The notes: generated by a model from the sequence alone, not told the origin. A stretch of 64,000 nt of DNA from an uncultured virus (IMG/VR IMGVR_UViG_2857886120_000002) (IMGVR_UViG_2857886120_000002), one strand, 5' to 3'. Shown: positions 8,549 to 19,751, numbered from the stretch's first letter. Translations and numbers: made by a program.

Positions 8549-10726
8549 ATGAGTAATGAGCACAATATTGAAGCAATATTTAGACCTGCTTCTGAGCTGT
8601 ATAGTGCTGTAACATCAATCAGTTGTGCATTTATTTGTCTTGTTGCACCTTGGGCCGTAGCTTTATCAACTTCTGTTAATGCTGGTGTTGCAGGTGCTTT
8701 TTTATTGTTTGGCATTTATAGGGCTAAGCAAGGTATTACCATTATTCGTTATAAACGGAATATAAAACGTTTACCATTCTATTCTCTGACTAGTGAACAA
8801 ATTCCTGTTAGCCAAAAATTTCTTTTTCTAGGGAAAGGGTTTAAATGGGAACAAAAACATTTACAACGAATTATCTTGTGCCGTCGAGAGGAATACAAAC
8901 GTTTTGTTCAACCATCAGCTATATATAGAGCTGCTAGGCAATGGGAACAAAAACATGAAAAAAGCCTGATAGCAAAGTGTACAAGCTCAAATCGTTGGTT
9001 TAATCCAGTAAAACCATTACCACCAGTAGGCGGAAACCCATTCTTACACGGTGTCGAAATTAATGAGGTCGATATTATGATGCCATTTGTGGATAGGGGC
9101 GGTCATACGTTAGTATTAGGAACTACAGGTGTCGGAAAAACAAGATTATTAGAAGTTCTGGTTATACAAGACATAGCAAGAGGCGATCCAGTTATCGTCA
9201 TTGATCCCAAAGGAGATGCAGATTTATTAAAAAGAATGTATGCAGAAGCTAAACGTAATGGTAGACAAGACGAATTTTACATATTTCATTTGGGTTACCC
9301 TGAAATTTCAGCTAGATATAATGCTATTGGTCGTTTTAGTCGAATTACTGAAGTTGCTCAGCGTGTTTCAGCTCCTCTTGCTGGAGAAGGCAATTCCGCA
9401 GCATTTAAAGAGTTCGCGTGGCGATTTGTTAATATCGTTACCAAAGCATTAATTGAACTTGGCCGTCGTCCAGATTACATTCAAATTAATCGTTATACAA
9501 ACAATATGGATACCTTATTTTTAGAATATGCTCAGCACTATTTTGATAAGCACGATCCAAAAGCTTGGATCACTATTAGTGAAATGGCAACAAAAGTTAA
9601 TGACAAAAATGTTTCATTAGCAATGAGGGGAAGAGACAAGCTTGTCGTTGCTCTTTATGATTATATTGCTGCTAAAAAAATCCGTGATGATGTTCTGGAA
9701 GGCTTGCGTTCAGCTATTCAATACGATAAAACGTATTTTGATAAAATTGTAGCCTCATTAATGCCATTTTTAGAAAAGTTAACAACAGGAAAAACAGCAC
9801 AATTATTAGCTCCAGACTACTTGGATATCAATGATGAACGACCAATTTTCGATTGGGAACAAGTCATTCGAAAAAAGGGTATTGTTTATATTGGGCTTGA
9901 TGCTTTGTCTGATGCTGTAGTTGGTGCTGCCGTTGGAAACTCAATGCTAGCAGATCTTGTATCAATAGCTGGGTATATCTATAAATATGGTGTTGACGAC
10001 GGATTACCAGGAGAAAATAGATCTAAAATCAATGTGTGTTTACATACTGATGAAGTGAATGAAATCATGGGTGATGAGTTTATTCCTCTTGTAAATAAAG
10101 CCAGAGGGGCAGGAATAAATGTTACTGCATACACACAAACGATTTCAGATATCGAAGTCAAAGTGGGGAGTGCCGCAAAAGCAGGGCAAGTGCAAGGTAA
10201 TTTCAATAATATAATTATGTTACGTGTTCGTGAAACCAAAACAGCAGAACTTATTACATCACAACTTCCTAAAGTTGATATCTACAAAAATACGGTAGTA
10301 TCAGGTGCAAACGATACACCGAGTCCAGATACAAAAACGGATTTTACATCAAGTACACAGGACAGAATTAGTACTGAATCAATGCCATTACTTGAGCCAT
10401 CGGAACTAATACAGTTACCAAGAGGACAAGCGTTTGTCCTGACTAACGGTGGTGTTTTATATAAAGTTCGCATGCCTCTTCCGTCTCAAGAGCAAGATAT
10501 TATGATGCCTGATTCCATTAATACACTTTCTAAAGAGATGGCAAAAAGTTATTCAACAGGTGAACAATGGTGGGTAAATTCAAATTCAGTATGGGAAAAG
10601 CCTGAATTAGATAATGATTCAGATAATTGTCCTGAGGAAAATGAATTACCTCTTCATCTAGAATTGGACATTGATGATGATGAAAAAGCTTTTTTACATA
10701 CTTTACAAGAGGAGAAAGATGAATAA
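8549..10726 (+). CDS. traD: Type IV coupling protein TraD (PFGI-1 class)
   Basis: Walker A GTTGVGKT, VIDPKGD, YDKTYFDKIVASL, DE Walker B, NKARGAG. Confidence 0.95.
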   Translation: MSNEHNIEAIFRPASELYSAVTSISCAFICLVAPWAVALSTSVNAGVAGAFLLFGIYRAKQGITIIRYKRNIKRLPFYSLTSEQIPVSQKFLFLGKGFKWEQKHLQRIILCRREEYKRFVQPSAIYRAARQWEQKHEKSLIAKCTSSNRWFNPVKPLPPVGGNPFLHGVEINEVDIMMPFVDRGGHTLVLGTTGVGKTRLLEVLVIQDIARGDPVIVIDPKGDADLLKRMYAEAKRNGRQDEFYIFHLGYPEISARYNAIGRFSRITEVAQRVSAPLAGEGNSAAFKEFAWRFVNIVTKALIELGRRPDYIQINRYTNNMDTLFLEYAQHYFDKHDPKAWITISEMATKVNDKNVSLAMRGRDKLVVALYDYIAAKKIRDDVLEGLRSAIQYDKTYFDKIVASLMPFLEKLTTGKTAQLLAPDYLDINDERPIFDWEQVIRKKGIVYIGLDALSDAVVGAAVGNSMLADLVSIAGYIYKYGVDDGLPGENRSKINVCLHTDEVNEIMGDEFIPLVNKARGAGINVTAYTQTISDIEVKVGSAAKAGQVQGNFNNIIMLRVRETKTAELITSQLPKVDIYKNTVVSGANDTPSPDTKTDFTSSTQDRISTESMPLLEPSELIQLPRGQAFVLTNGGVLYKVRMPLPSQEQDIMMPDSINTLSKEMAKSYSTGEQWWVNSNSVWEKPELDNDSDNCPEENELPLHLELDIDDDEKAFLHTLQEEKDE

Positions 10727-11421
10727 TGGCCAATGCTGAATCTGATTCAAATTCAAATAAGCCCAAAAAAAAGGGATTTATTTCATCTATAGTTTCTACA
10801 CTTTTTTTTTCACTTCTTATAAGTATTGTTATTGAATGTATTGGCATAACGTTTTTTTGGACTGAACTCGGTGATAGTCATAGCGAAGAAATGCTCAATG
10901 TTGAGTTTAGTTATCTTGAACAAGACTTTGTCAATAGCTTTATTTTGTCTGAGCCTGTAGTTTTTGCTGAAAATATTATTACCAATACATATCAATTCAT
11001 TGCTGTTAAAACGGGATTGATTGAAATAGTAGATGGAACTGTGAACGATGAAAGCTCGACTGTTTATAAATATATTAATTCGGTTGGTGTTTATGTAAAA
11101 GCCATTATTAATATTATATTGGTTTTTTTGGTTCGCTTAGTTATTTTGATTCTTTCAATACCAATTTTTATTCTTGCAGCTATTGTTGGTTGTGTAGACG
11201 GTCTGGTTCGGCGAGACATTCGGCGATTTGGAGCAGGTCGTGAATCGAGTTTTCTATATTATCATTCTAAAGCATGGATAAAGCCTTTGTTAATTTTGTC
11301 ATGGCTTATCTATTTATCCGTTCCTTTCACAATCCATCCAAATGCCGTTTTTATTCCCATGGCCTTTTTATTTGGTCTCAGTATTAGTATTACATTTGGT
11401 TCATTTAAGAAATATTTGTAA
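10726..11421 (+). CDS. TIGR03747 (PFL_4697)-family ICE membrane protein
   Basis: VDGLVRRDIRRFGAGRESSF-YH and terminal FKKYL. Confidence 0.92.
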   Translation: MANAESDSNSNKPKKKGFISSIVSTLFFSLLISIVIECIGITFFWTELGDSHSEEMLNVEFSYLEQDFVNSFILSEPVVFAENIITNTYQFIAVKTGLIEIVDGTVNDESSTVYKYINSVGVYVKAIINIILVFLVRLVILILSIPIFILAAIVGCVDGLVRRDIRRFGAGRESSFLYYHSKAWIKPLLILSWLIYLSVPFTIHPNAVFIPMAFLFGLSISITFGSFKKYL

Positions 11422-11516
11422 GCCAATTTTTTTTAAAAAATCAAAAAAGATTTAATTGATGTTTTTCGCATATTAATCATTATAGTAGAAATCCAGTTTA
11501 AAACTGGAGAAAAAAT

Positions 11517-11831
11517 ATGCGAAAGCATCCTAACATAATTCTTTCAATAGTTGGTTTATCTTTATTGTTAAGCTCTAATTTGAGTGTTGCAAATGAAAAA
11601 GAAGAACTTGCATTAGTGTTAAAACAACTTAAACAAGTTAAGCAATCTCTACTAAAAAGTGAGATTGTTTCAGGAACCGAGCAATCAGAACGTTATCATT
11701 TTAATTATAAAGCAATACAAAATGATATTGATCATGTCATGCACGGTATCGAAAGCTACATATCCCCGACAAGATCACAACCTCGTTCGCTTAACTTTCC
11801 AGTGATTGAAGGCGAATATCAAAATGAATGA
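11517..11831 (+). CDS. RAQPRD-family ICE protein
   Basis: Signal peptide, RYHFNY, YISPTRSQPR. Confidence 0.88.
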   Translation: MRKHPNIILSIVGLSLLLSSNLSVANEKEELALVLKQLKQVKQSLLKSEIVSGTEQSERYHFNYKAIQNDIDHVMHGIESYISPTRSQPRSLNFPVIEGEYQNE

Positions 11832-12069
11832 TATCAAAGAAAAAACCTATAACGCATTTAAAGATGGTGCAACATTCACGATGGATGACTCATTTAATTT
11901 TTTCGGTGCGATATGTTTTGCTGTAGGGCTATTTTTAATTGCGATCATTGTTTTATGTCTTTTGAAAGGATTAGGTGATGAAAGTGTCAAAATTGATGAT
12001 TTGCCATCAATTATTATTCGTGCAGTTGTTCTTGTCTTGATTCTAATGTCTTTCATTTATTTTCAGTAA
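11824..12069 (+). CDS. TIGR03758/DUF3262-like small ICE membrane protein
   Basis: AF--GA start, two TM helices, synteny between RAQPRD and TIGR03745. Confidence 0.7.
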   Translation: MNDIKEKTYNAFKDGATFTMDDSFNFFGAICFAVGLFLIAIIVLCLLKGLGDESVKIDDLPSIIIRAVVLVLILMSFIYFQ

Positions 12070-12092
12070 AATTTTAAAGGAGAAAAAAATTC

Positions 12093-12470
12093 ATGTTCAA
12101 AAAAGCAAAAAAATTATTTCAAGTAAAAAATAATAAGATGTCTATAAAACTAATATTACTGTCTTTAGCTTTATGGGGACAAAATGCGTTGGCAAAAATG
12201 CCGAAGATAGATGATCCCACACAAGGGAAAAAAAGCGGATTTTTAGCAAATATGCAAGCATATATATATGACGGTTTCGTTTTTGGCGGATTGATTATCG
12301 TTGGCGGTGTTTTTATTGTCGCAGCAAAAAATATCATCGTTGAGTATAACAATATCGGTGAAGGGAAAGGGTCTTGGGCAAAGTTAGGCACCTTAGTTGT
12401 TATAGGTATTGTATTAGTTGTCGCTTGTATTTGGCTTGCAACATTGGCTGCTGAAACACTGCAAGATTAA
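12093..12470 (+). CDS. TIGR03745 (PFL_4702)-family ICE membrane protein, pilin candidate
   Basis: A-MP-IDDPTQG, Y-YDG, Y-NI-EGKGSW, IWLAT motifs. Confidence 0.85.
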   Translation: MFKKAKKLFQVKNNKMSIKLILLSLALWGQNALAKMPKIDDPTQGKKSGFLANMQAYIYDGFVFGGLIIVGGVFIVAAKNIIVEYNNIGEGKGSWAKLGTLVVIGIVLVVACIWLATLAAETLQD

Positions 12471-12497
12471 TAGAAAGTTAATAAAAAGGTAAATAAG

Positions 12498-12872
12498 ATG
12501 AAAGAGAATGACATTGATATGCTTCCCGATCGGTTGAATCGGATGCCTGTTGTTTATAAAGGAATGACAGTCCGTGAAATCTTGCTGATGATAGGGATTG
12601 GTGTAATTATTGGTGGTTTGCTCGGAATTATCTTATTTATCTTATTTTGTCGCTGGGTGTTAATTCCCTCAGCGATCGTTTTCATGCCATTGCCAACCCT
12701 TTTTTTGGGCGGAAATAAGATTACTAAATTAAAGCGAGGTAAACCAGAAACCTGGTTTGCACGGTCTATTGATTTGTTTTTCGCCAAAAAAGGATTCAAT
12801 GGAAATAATCTAATTTTTAATGATCAAGAATTTATCGTTAGACGAAAAAACAATAAGGTAAAAAACAAATGA
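12498..12872 (+). CDS. TIGR03750-family conjugal transfer protein
   Basis: LPDRLNR-PVV-KGMT--E and KRGKPETW motifs. Confidence 0.9.
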   Translation: MKENDIDMLPDRLNRMPVVYKGMTVREILLMIGIGVIIGGLLGIILFILFCRWVLIPSAIVFMPLPTLFLGGNKITKLKRGKPETWFARSIDLFFAKKGFNGNNLIFNDQEFIVRRKNNKVKNK

Positions 12873-13537
12873 AATATTTACACGCACTTACAGGGCGAGA
12901 TAAACACATCCAATCACTGAGATTTGTGATTATTGTATTGCTTGTAATTATTTTAGCTGTGAGTTGGGGCTGGCGGTCAGCGCCTAAACATTTGACTATT
13001 CATATTCCTCCCGATACTCGTTCAGGTAGTACTAGGCTTTGGTCAGATATAGATCCAAGTAACATTTATGGATTTGCATTTTATATTTTTCAGCAACTAC
13101 ATAACTGGCCAACGAATGGCGAAGTTGATTATAAACGTAACATCAATACGCTTACTCCGTTTTTGACACCTCAATGTAAATCACAGTTATTGAATGAATA
13201 TGAGGAAAGAAGGCAGGGTGGTGAACTAAGAGAACGGGCTCGAAACATTGCTGAAATAGATGGCAGGGGCATTAATTCAGAAATTAAAAATTACGAAACA
13301 AATCAACTTGAGCCTCGAGTAAAAATTTTATCAGATAAAGCATGGATTGTGACATTCGATTTATACATTGATGAATATTACAAAGGGGAAGCGGTTAAAC
13401 GAGCAATGGTTCGTTATCCACTTAGTGTTGTTAAGAGTGATACAAATCCAGAAGAAAATCCCTGGGGTTTAAAGCTTAATTGCTATGCAAGTCAACCGTT
13501 AAGACTCACTTCGTCTACAGGAGAACACAATGAATAA
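12869..13537 (+). CDS. TIGR03746 (PFL_4703)-family ICE protein
   Basis: P-HLTIHIPPD-RSGSTR, FYIFQQL--WP-NGE-DY, NPWGL motifs. Confidence 0.92.
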   Translation: MKYLHALTGRDKHIQSLRFVIIVLLVIILAVSWGWRSAPKHLTIHIPPDTRSGSTRLWSDIDPSNIYGFAFYIFQQLHNWPTNGEVDYKRNINTLTPFLTPQCKSQLLNEYEERRQGGELRERARNIAEIDGRGINSEIKNYETNQLEPRVKILSDKAWIVTFDLYIDEYYKGEAVKRAMVRYPLSVVKSDTNPEENPWGLKLNCYASQPLRLTSSTGEHNE

Positions 13538-14354
13538 TAAGATGATTATAAAACTTTCTCAACTAATCATAACATTATTTATTTTTGTATCGTCAATCAA
13601 TAATGCTATTGCTGTTGAATTAATTACATGGGACAGAACACCTATTAAAATTACTATTAATCAAAATGATGAAAGAATGGTGATTTTAGAAAGAAATATA
13701 TCAGTCGGATTACCTGGATCATTACAAGATAAGCTTCGAGTACAAAGTCTAGGAGGTGTTATATATTTAAAAAGCAATGCGCCATTTACTGAAACTCGAT
13801 TAATGCTAAAAGATCTTGAAACAGGTGAAATTATTTTAGTTGATCTGACGGGAAATGGACCATCCAAAAAGAAATTAGAAACAATTAAAATCACGACCGA
13901 TAATGAAAGTGAAGCTAATTTAAAAAAAGCAGAAGAAAATTATACAACTGTGCATGATGAGCAGGTATTACCAACTCCCGTTTTGCTTACTAGATATGCT
14001 GCACAAAATTATTATGCTCCATTGCGTGCAATTGAAAAAGTACCTGGTATTAAACAAATTTCTATGTCATTACCCCCATTATTAACTAGGCTGGTACCAC
14101 AGCTTCCTATCAGTGCTGAGCCAAAATCAGTGTGGCGTTTAAAAAATTATGAAGTTGTCGCAATTAAATTAGTTAATCAGAGTAAAAATCATGTCAATTT
14201 AGATGCAAGATTGTTACAAGGCAACTTTTATTCTGCAACATTTCAACACAACACATTAGGCCCTAATGGTGATCCGACAGATACAACAATGCTTTATATT
14301 GTTACTAAAGGTAAAGTAATCAATGCATTTTTACCTGAGTTAAGAGAGGAATAA
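13530..14354 (+). CDS. TIGR03749 (PFL_4704)-family ICE protein
   Basis: E---WDRTP, LRVQSLGG-IYL, LTRYAAQ--YAPLR, ATFQH-TLGP-G---DTT motifs. Confidence 0.92.
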   Translation: MNNKMIIKLSQLIITLFIFVSSINNAIAVELITWDRTPIKITINQNDERMVILERNISVGLPGSLQDKLRVQSLGGVIYLKSNAPFTETRLMLKDLETGEIILVDLTGNGPSKKKLETIKITTDNESEANLKKAEENYTTVHDEQVLPTPVLLTRYAAQNYYAPLRAIEKVPGIKQISMSLPPLLTRLVPQLPISAEPKSVWRLKNYEVVAIKLVNQSKNHVNLDARLLQGNFYSATFQHNTLGPNGDPTDTTMLYIVTKGKVINAFLPELREE

Positions 14355-14355
14355 T

Positions 14356-15762
14356 ATGGCGACAATTAAAGGAAATAAGCTGTTACCTCTTATCGTTGGT
14401 GGAGTAATATTAGTTGGAATTTTTATTGTAGTCATTGCAAATAAAAATAAAAAAAATGAATCTTCATCAAGTGATGAAATAGTTGAAATAGCTGATTTAA
14501 ATGAAGAAGATTTATCTGTGCTCGGCATTACGGGTGATACGGAAAAAGATACCGTTCAGACGTTAGTGACGCTAGTTAAGACTCTAAAAAAGGATCAAGC
14601 GGATATAGTAAGTGAACTGAAAAAGTTAAAATCCGAAAATGAAAATTTGAAAAAGACAAGAGTACCACAGTATAAGATAGAGCCACCATCAAATGATTCA
14701 AAATCTAATGAGCCTACTGAGCTAGAAAAAAAAGTTTCAATTCTAACAGATAAGCTTAATCAATTAGCTTCAAGATCCCCTATATCTAGTGAAACAGCTG
14801 ATTCCAAACCAGTTTCAATTCCAATTGGGAGAGGGCAAACAAGTAGTAAAGTTGATATGACTAATGATGATGAAATTCAATGGATTAATCCAGCTGACCA
14901 AATTGTTAGTAGCAATAAAGGTAAAAATACGACGGGATTTCAGTTTCCGACTAGCTTTGGTAGCGATCCTATTCGTTCAAAACTAAAAGACCATAAAGAG
15001 AGTATCAATCAGCCTATTGGTGAACGAAAAAATGAAAAAGATCGTCAACCATTTTATACGGTACCCGCCAATTCAACGTTAACAGGCTCTGTTTCAATGA
15101 CATCATTGCTAGGTCGAGTTCCCATTGATGGTGTTGTATCTGATCCGTACCCGTTTAAAGCTGTTATTGGTCGAGATAATTTAATCTCAAATGGAATTGA
15201 ATTACCACATATTGAGGGGGCGATTGTTTCTGGGACAGCCTCTGGTGATTACGTTCTATCTTGTGTAAGAGGCAACGTTAAATCAATTACATTTGTTTTT
15301 GATGATGGGCGAATTATAACGATCCCCGATTCATCAAAAAATAGCAAAGATGAAAGTATTGGGTGGTTATCTGACGAATACGGTATTCCCTGTGTTTCGG
15401 GAGAAATCAAATCTAATGCGAGCCAATATTTATCAACTGTAATAGGTCTAGGTACAGCAGCAGCTGCTGCAGATGCAATGGCACAACAAAATACTACTGT
15501 TGTAACAGATGGCTCAAATGTTACCAATGCCGTTACTGGTAATAATGGTCAATACGTTTTAGGGAAAGGACTGAGTGGTGGAATTAATCAAACAATCGAC
15601 TGGTTAAATAAACGCTATGGTCAAACTTTTGATGCTGTTTATGTCCCTCCTGGTAAAGAAATTGCCATTCACATTAGCAAGGAGCTGCAAATTGATTATT
15701 TATTTGAGGGCAGACTTGTTGATTATGAGATGAGTACTAAAAAAATGGGAGGGCTTGATTAA
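14356..15762 (+). CDS. TIGR03752 (PFL_4705)-family ICE protein, VirB10/TraB-like
   Basis: GDT-KDTV-TLV, YTVPANSTL-GS--MT-LLGRVP, DPYPFK, FDAVYVPPG. Confidence 0.92.
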   Translation: MATIKGNKLLPLIVGGVILVGIFIVVIANKNKKNESSSSDEIVEIADLNEEDLSVLGITGDTEKDTVQTLVTLVKTLKKDQADIVSELKKLKSENENLKKTRVPQYKIEPPSNDSKSNEPTELEKKVSILTDKLNQLASRSPISSETADSKPVSIPIGRGQTSSKVDMTNDDEIQWINPADQIVSSNKGKNTTGFQFPTSFGSDPIRSKLKDHKESINQPIGERKNEKDRQPFYTVPANSTLTGSVSMTSLLGRVPIDGVVSDPYPFKAVIGRDNLISNGIELPHIEGAIVSGTASGDYVLSCVRGNVKSITFVFDDGRIITIPDSSKNSKDESIGWLSDEYGIPCVSGEIKSNASQYLSTVIGLGTAAAAADAMAQQNTTVVTDGSNVTNAVTGNNGQYVLGKGLSGGINQTIDWLNKRYGQTFDAVYVPPGKEIAIHISKELQIDYLFEGRLVDYEMSTKKMGGLD

Positions 15763-16175
15763 TGAAACAGAAACGAAAAATAACAATATTTTTATTAACT
15801 TTTGGCACAGCTCTATTTTTATTATCTGGTTGTAGTACTTCAAAAGAAAAAATGTTTCCACATAGTAGTGAGACGATGAGTGATATTTACAATAAAAAAT
15901 CGGGAGGGGGAGCTTCTCAATTGTTTGATAATCGACTTCAACTTAGGAGAGAAGTTGATAATTTAACGCAAAATGTTGAAGTGGTAACGCATACACGAAC
16001 AGCAGAACAAGAAATTAATAATCTTTTTCAACGATTACCAAATCCCGATTTAGTCATGTATGTCTATCCTCATTTGAGTGACGGAAAAGTTCCAGTTCCT
16101 GGTTATTCAACAGTATTTCCATTTTATGCGGAAGTGCAGTATGCAATGCCAGGTGAGAGGGTGGAGAATTACTAA
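15762..16175 (+). CDS. TIGR03751-family conjugal transfer lipoprotein
   Basis: Lipobox LSGC, F-RLPNPDLVMYVYPHL, VPGYSTVFPFY, YAMPGE. Confidence 0.93.
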   Translation: MKQKRKITIFLLTFGTALFLLSGCSTSKEKMFPHSSETMSDIYNKKSGGGASQLFDNRLQLRREVDNLTQNVEVVTHTRTAEQEINNLFQRLPNPDLVMYVYPHLSDGKVPVPGYSTVFPFYAEVQYAMPGERVENY

Positions 16176-18943
16176 TGAAGAAGTTGTTTGGTAAGAAAAA
16201 AGTTTCACAAAAAGAAGTTCAAGAGAAAAGACCGAAACGCAAAGGAAATTTGACTCATAGTCATAAAAAAAACTTTCTTTATGCCAATAATGGCAAAAAA
16301 TCAATTATTGATTATTTACCGTGGATTGAGTTTGATGAAGAGCATAATTCAATTTTATTAGAAGATGGTCGATCTGTAGGTGCTGTTTTTGAAATTACAC
16401 CCTATGGGACTGAGGCAAAACCGACGTCTAAACTTCGTGCAATAAGTGATATTGTAACAAATAGTATTGAGGACTCTTTTGATGAACGAGATATGAACCC
16501 ATGGGTTATACAATATTTTTGTCAAGATGAAGATAATTTACAAGATTATATCTCTTTATTAAAACAATATCCTAGATCGCATGCTCAAGGCACTGAATTT
16601 ACAAAAAAATGGCTAGATATTATGGAATATCATTTAGATAGTATCACTAAAAGTGATGGTCTTTTTTTTGATAACACAGTGACAAAAACACCGTGGAGAG
16701 GAAAGGTTCGGAAAACGAGGTTAGTTGTATATCGGTATATCGGACCAAAAGAACGTGAAGATTTAAATGCACAAGAAAAGCTAGATATCGTTTGTAACAA
16801 TTTGATACTTGCATTAAAAGGGGCTGGAATTGTTGTCAAAAGATTGGGGAAAAATGAGGTTTCTAGGTGGTTAGCTCAAATATTTAATCCCGCACCTTTA
16901 CAAGGTAAAAAAAACTTTATTAAGCAATTAATGGATGATCAAAAACAGGCTGATGAACTGCCGATCATTAATGATTTTGCCGAAAGCCTTTTCTACAGTG
17001 AACCAGAGATTAAAGAGGGTTACTGGCATTTTGATAATATTCCGCATGCTGTTGTTATGGTGGATCGATTAAAAACACCACCCAAAATTGGTCATATTAC
17101 AGGCGAGACAAGTAAAGCGGATGGAATAAATGCGCTTTTTGATGTATTGCCTGAATCAACAATGATGAGTTTGACAATTGTAACTCATCCTCAAGATAAG
17201 CTAGAAGACCATATCAATTTTGTCCGAGGTAAAGCCATCGGTGAGAATGCTGAATCATTGTCTGTCAAGGAGGATTGTGACGAAGCAATGGAGTATATCA
17301 GGCAACGAGAAAAAATGTATTACAGCTCTATTGCATTTTATGTGAAAGATTCAAGTATCGGTGGATTGAAACGTAAAATACAGGGGCTGAGTTCAGTACT
17401 TAATAATAATGGACTTGTCACAGTAGCTGAAGCTAATGAAGTTGCTCCAGCATCGTCATTTTTAAGATGGTTACCTATGAATTATAACCCTCAAAATGAC
17501 ATAAAACGACTGTATGTTAAATTTAATTGGTGCAAGCATTTAGCCAATTTATTACCTGTTCTTGGAAGAAGCAGTGGAACAGGTAATTCTGGTGTGACAT
17601 TTTTTAACCGCGGTGGAGAGCCGTTGAGTTACGATCCAATGGTCGATAAAGCACAAAATGGTCACAAGCTTATTTTAGGGCCAACGGGAGCAGGTAAATC
17701 AGCAACACTGAATATCGAAATAGCACAGCTTGTTGCTATGTATCGGCCTAGAACAATTATTGTCGAAACAGGTAATTCTTTTGGTCTTCTTGTTGATTTT
17801 ATGGAGCGACTTGGAGTCAGTGTTCATCGAGTAAGTTTAAAGCCTGGAAGTGGTGTAGTGCTTAATCCTTTAGCTGATTCTCATTTAATTTTACAAAATA
17901 AGGATATTCAGTTTGAAATTGATGAAAACAATTTGAGCGATGACATTGTTAATGAAGCACTAGAACAAAATGAGGAAGATGATGCACAACGAGATGTACT
18001 CGGTGAAATAGAAATTTCTATACGTCTAATGATCACGGGAGGGGAAGAACGGGAAGATGAATTACTTCGTCGTTCAGATAGAGCAATGATTAGACAAGCT
18101 ATAGTTATGGCTGCTCAAGTTGCTTATGATGAAAGACGGCAAGCTGTTCCCAGTGATGTTCAAGAGGCATTGTTTACCTTAAGCAAAGATACTCATTTAC
18201 CTGAAGCTAGGCGTGCAAAAGCATATGAAATGGGTGAATCATTAAGTATGTTCACTCAAGGATTTGAAGGTGAAATATTTAATAAACAAGGCACACCATG
18301 GCCAGATGTTGATGTCATTCATGTCGATTTGGCAACTTTTGCAAGGGAGGGTTATGAAGCTCAATTATCAATTGCGTATATTTCTCTTATTAATCATATC
18401 AACAATATGGGCGAACAATATCAGCACCAAGCCAGAGCTATCGTTAATATTACCGATGAGTCACATATTATTACTGTAAAACCACTAACAGCAGCATACT
18501 TAACAAAAGCGTCAAAAATGTGGCGTAAACTGGGAGTATGGTTGTGGTTAGCCACCCAAAACATGGAAGATTTTCCCGACGCAGCTTCAAAATTATTGTC
18601 AATGATTGAGTGGTGGGAAATGTTAGTAACAGAATCATCTGAAGCAGAGAAAATACGTCGTTTTAAAGCATTAACAGATGAACAAATTTCAATGATCACG
18701 TCTGCTTGTAAAGCTGCTCGTCAGTACACGGAAGGCGTTGTGTTATCAAAAAATGTGGAATGCCTTTTCAGAATTGTTCCACCAAGCCTTTTCTTAGCTC
18801 TAGCTATGACAGAGAAAGATGAAAAAGCGGAGAGAATGAAACTGATGAATGAGTTTAATATCAGTGAGCTTGATGCTGCCATTAAAGTATCTGAAAAATT
18901 AGATGAAGCTCGAGGTATTACACGAAAATATGAGGATTTATAA
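16175..18943 (+). CDS. Conjugative transfer ATPase (VirB4/TraC-like, PFL_4706 family)
   Basis: LLEDGRSVGAVFE, Walker A GPTGAGKS, DESH, KMWRKLG-WLWLATQN. Confidence 0.95.
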   Translation: MKKLFGKKKVSQKEVQEKRPKRKGNLTHSHKKNFLYANNGKKSIIDYLPWIEFDEEHNSILLEDGRSVGAVFEITPYGTEAKPTSKLRAISDIVTNSIEDSFDERDMNPWVIQYFCQDEDNLQDYISLLKQYPRSHAQGTEFTKKWLDIMEYHLDSITKSDGLFFDNTVTKTPWRGKVRKTRLVVYRYIGPKEREDLNAQEKLDIVCNNLILALKGAGIVVKRLGKNEVSRWLAQIFNPAPLQGKKNFIKQLMDDQKQADELPIINDFAESLFYSEPEIKEGYWHFDNIPHAVVMVDRLKTPPKIGHITGETSKADGINALFDVLPESTMMSLTIVTHPQDKLEDHINFVRGKAIGENAESLSVKEDCDEAMEYIRQREKMYYSSIAFYVKDSSIGGLKRKIQGLSSVLNNNGLVTVAEANEVAPASSFLRWLPMNYNPQNDIKRLYVKFNWCKHLANLLPVLGRSSGTGNSGVTFFNRGGEPLSYDPMVDKAQNGHKLILGPTGAGKSATLNIEIAQLVAMYRPRTIIVETGNSFGLLVDFMERLGVSVHRVSLKPGSGVVLNPLADSHLILQNKDIQFEIDENNLSDDIVNEALEQNEEDDAQRDVLGEIEISIRLMITGGEEREDELLRRSDRAMIRQAIVMAAQVAYDERRQAVPSDVQEALFTLSKDTHLPEARRAKAYEMGESLSMFTQGFEGEIFNKQGTPWPDVDVIHVDLATFAREGYEAQLSIAYISLINHINNMGEQYQHQARAIVNITDESHIITVKPLTAAYLTKASKMWRKLGVWLWLATQNMEDFPDAASKLLSMIEWWEMLVTESSEAEKIRRFKALTDEQISMITSACKAARQYTEGVVLSKNVECLFRIVPPSLFLALAMTEKDEKAERMKLMNEFNISELDAAIKVSEKLDEARGITRKYEDL

Positions 18944-19341
18944 TGAACGATAATAATTTTTTATTTAATGCTACTTCATTAAAAAAATCAAATATTAATA
19001 TTGATCACCGTAAAGATTTTGAACAATTCTGTTTTGAATTACTAGGAAAACTTGGGGCAATAATTTCGACTAAATTACGTTTATGCCGTATACCTGCAGA
19101 TGATCCTACAGAATTTGGAATACTGTATCAGCAATATGCTTTAATCGCTTTCGAAGGCAAAAAATCAGCCTGTTTAATTGAGGTGTCATGCAATCCTAAT
19201 TTGAACAAAATTCATTGGCCACAATTAGCTGATATTGAAACAGGGAAACGACTATGTATCAATGTTGTTGACTGGATAGATGCCTTTTTGCTGATTAAAA
19301 ATTTGATGGCTTTAACAGAAACAGAGGTAGCTGATGCATGA
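18943..19341 (+). CDS. Hypothetical protein in the transfer operon
   Basis: 132-aa ORF overlapping both neighbours at start and stop. Confidence 0.65.
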   Translation: MNDNNFLFNATSLKKSNINIDHRKDFEQFCFELLGKLGAIISTKLRLCRIPADDPTEFGILYQQYALIAFEGKKSACLIEVSCNPNLNKIHWPQLADIETGKRLCINVVDWIDAFLLIKNLMALTETEVADA

Positions 19342-19751
19342 AACGTATATTAGGACTGATTGTATTTGTAAGTTTTCAAAGTATTGGGGCAGATATTTAT
19401 AGTATTGATGTTTTTGTGAATCATGAGCAAGCAAGTCGAGTTAAAAATTGTCATGATAATTGTCAAATATATGATCTAGATAGCACTGAAGTACTTTTAA
19501 ATTCATTTTTTGGTGAGTTATCGAGTGATATTGATGAAGCTTATTCAGTTGTTGAAAAAAAATTAAATTTACCAGAATGGAAAACGCATGAAGCTCAAAT
19601 AATTGAAGCTCAAAAAACAATTACAAAAGCATTTTATCTCGGTGTTAAAAAATATCCTGCGATTGTTATTAATGAAAAAAATGTGATTTACGGAATAACA
19701 GATGTTGCACGTGCAGTTAATGATTTTATGAGTAATGAGGATAACCGATGA
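19338..19751 (+). CDS. TIGR03757/DUF1525-family ICE protein
   Basis: A--LGVKKYPAIV and VIYG-TDV-RA motifs. Confidence 0.85.
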   Translation: MKRILGLIVFVSFQSIGADIYSIDVFVNHEQASRVKNCHDNCQIYDLDSTEVLLNSFFGELSSDIDEAYSVVEKKLNLPEWKTHEAQIIEAQKTITKAFYLGVKKYPAIVINEKNVIYGITDVARAVNDFMSNEDNR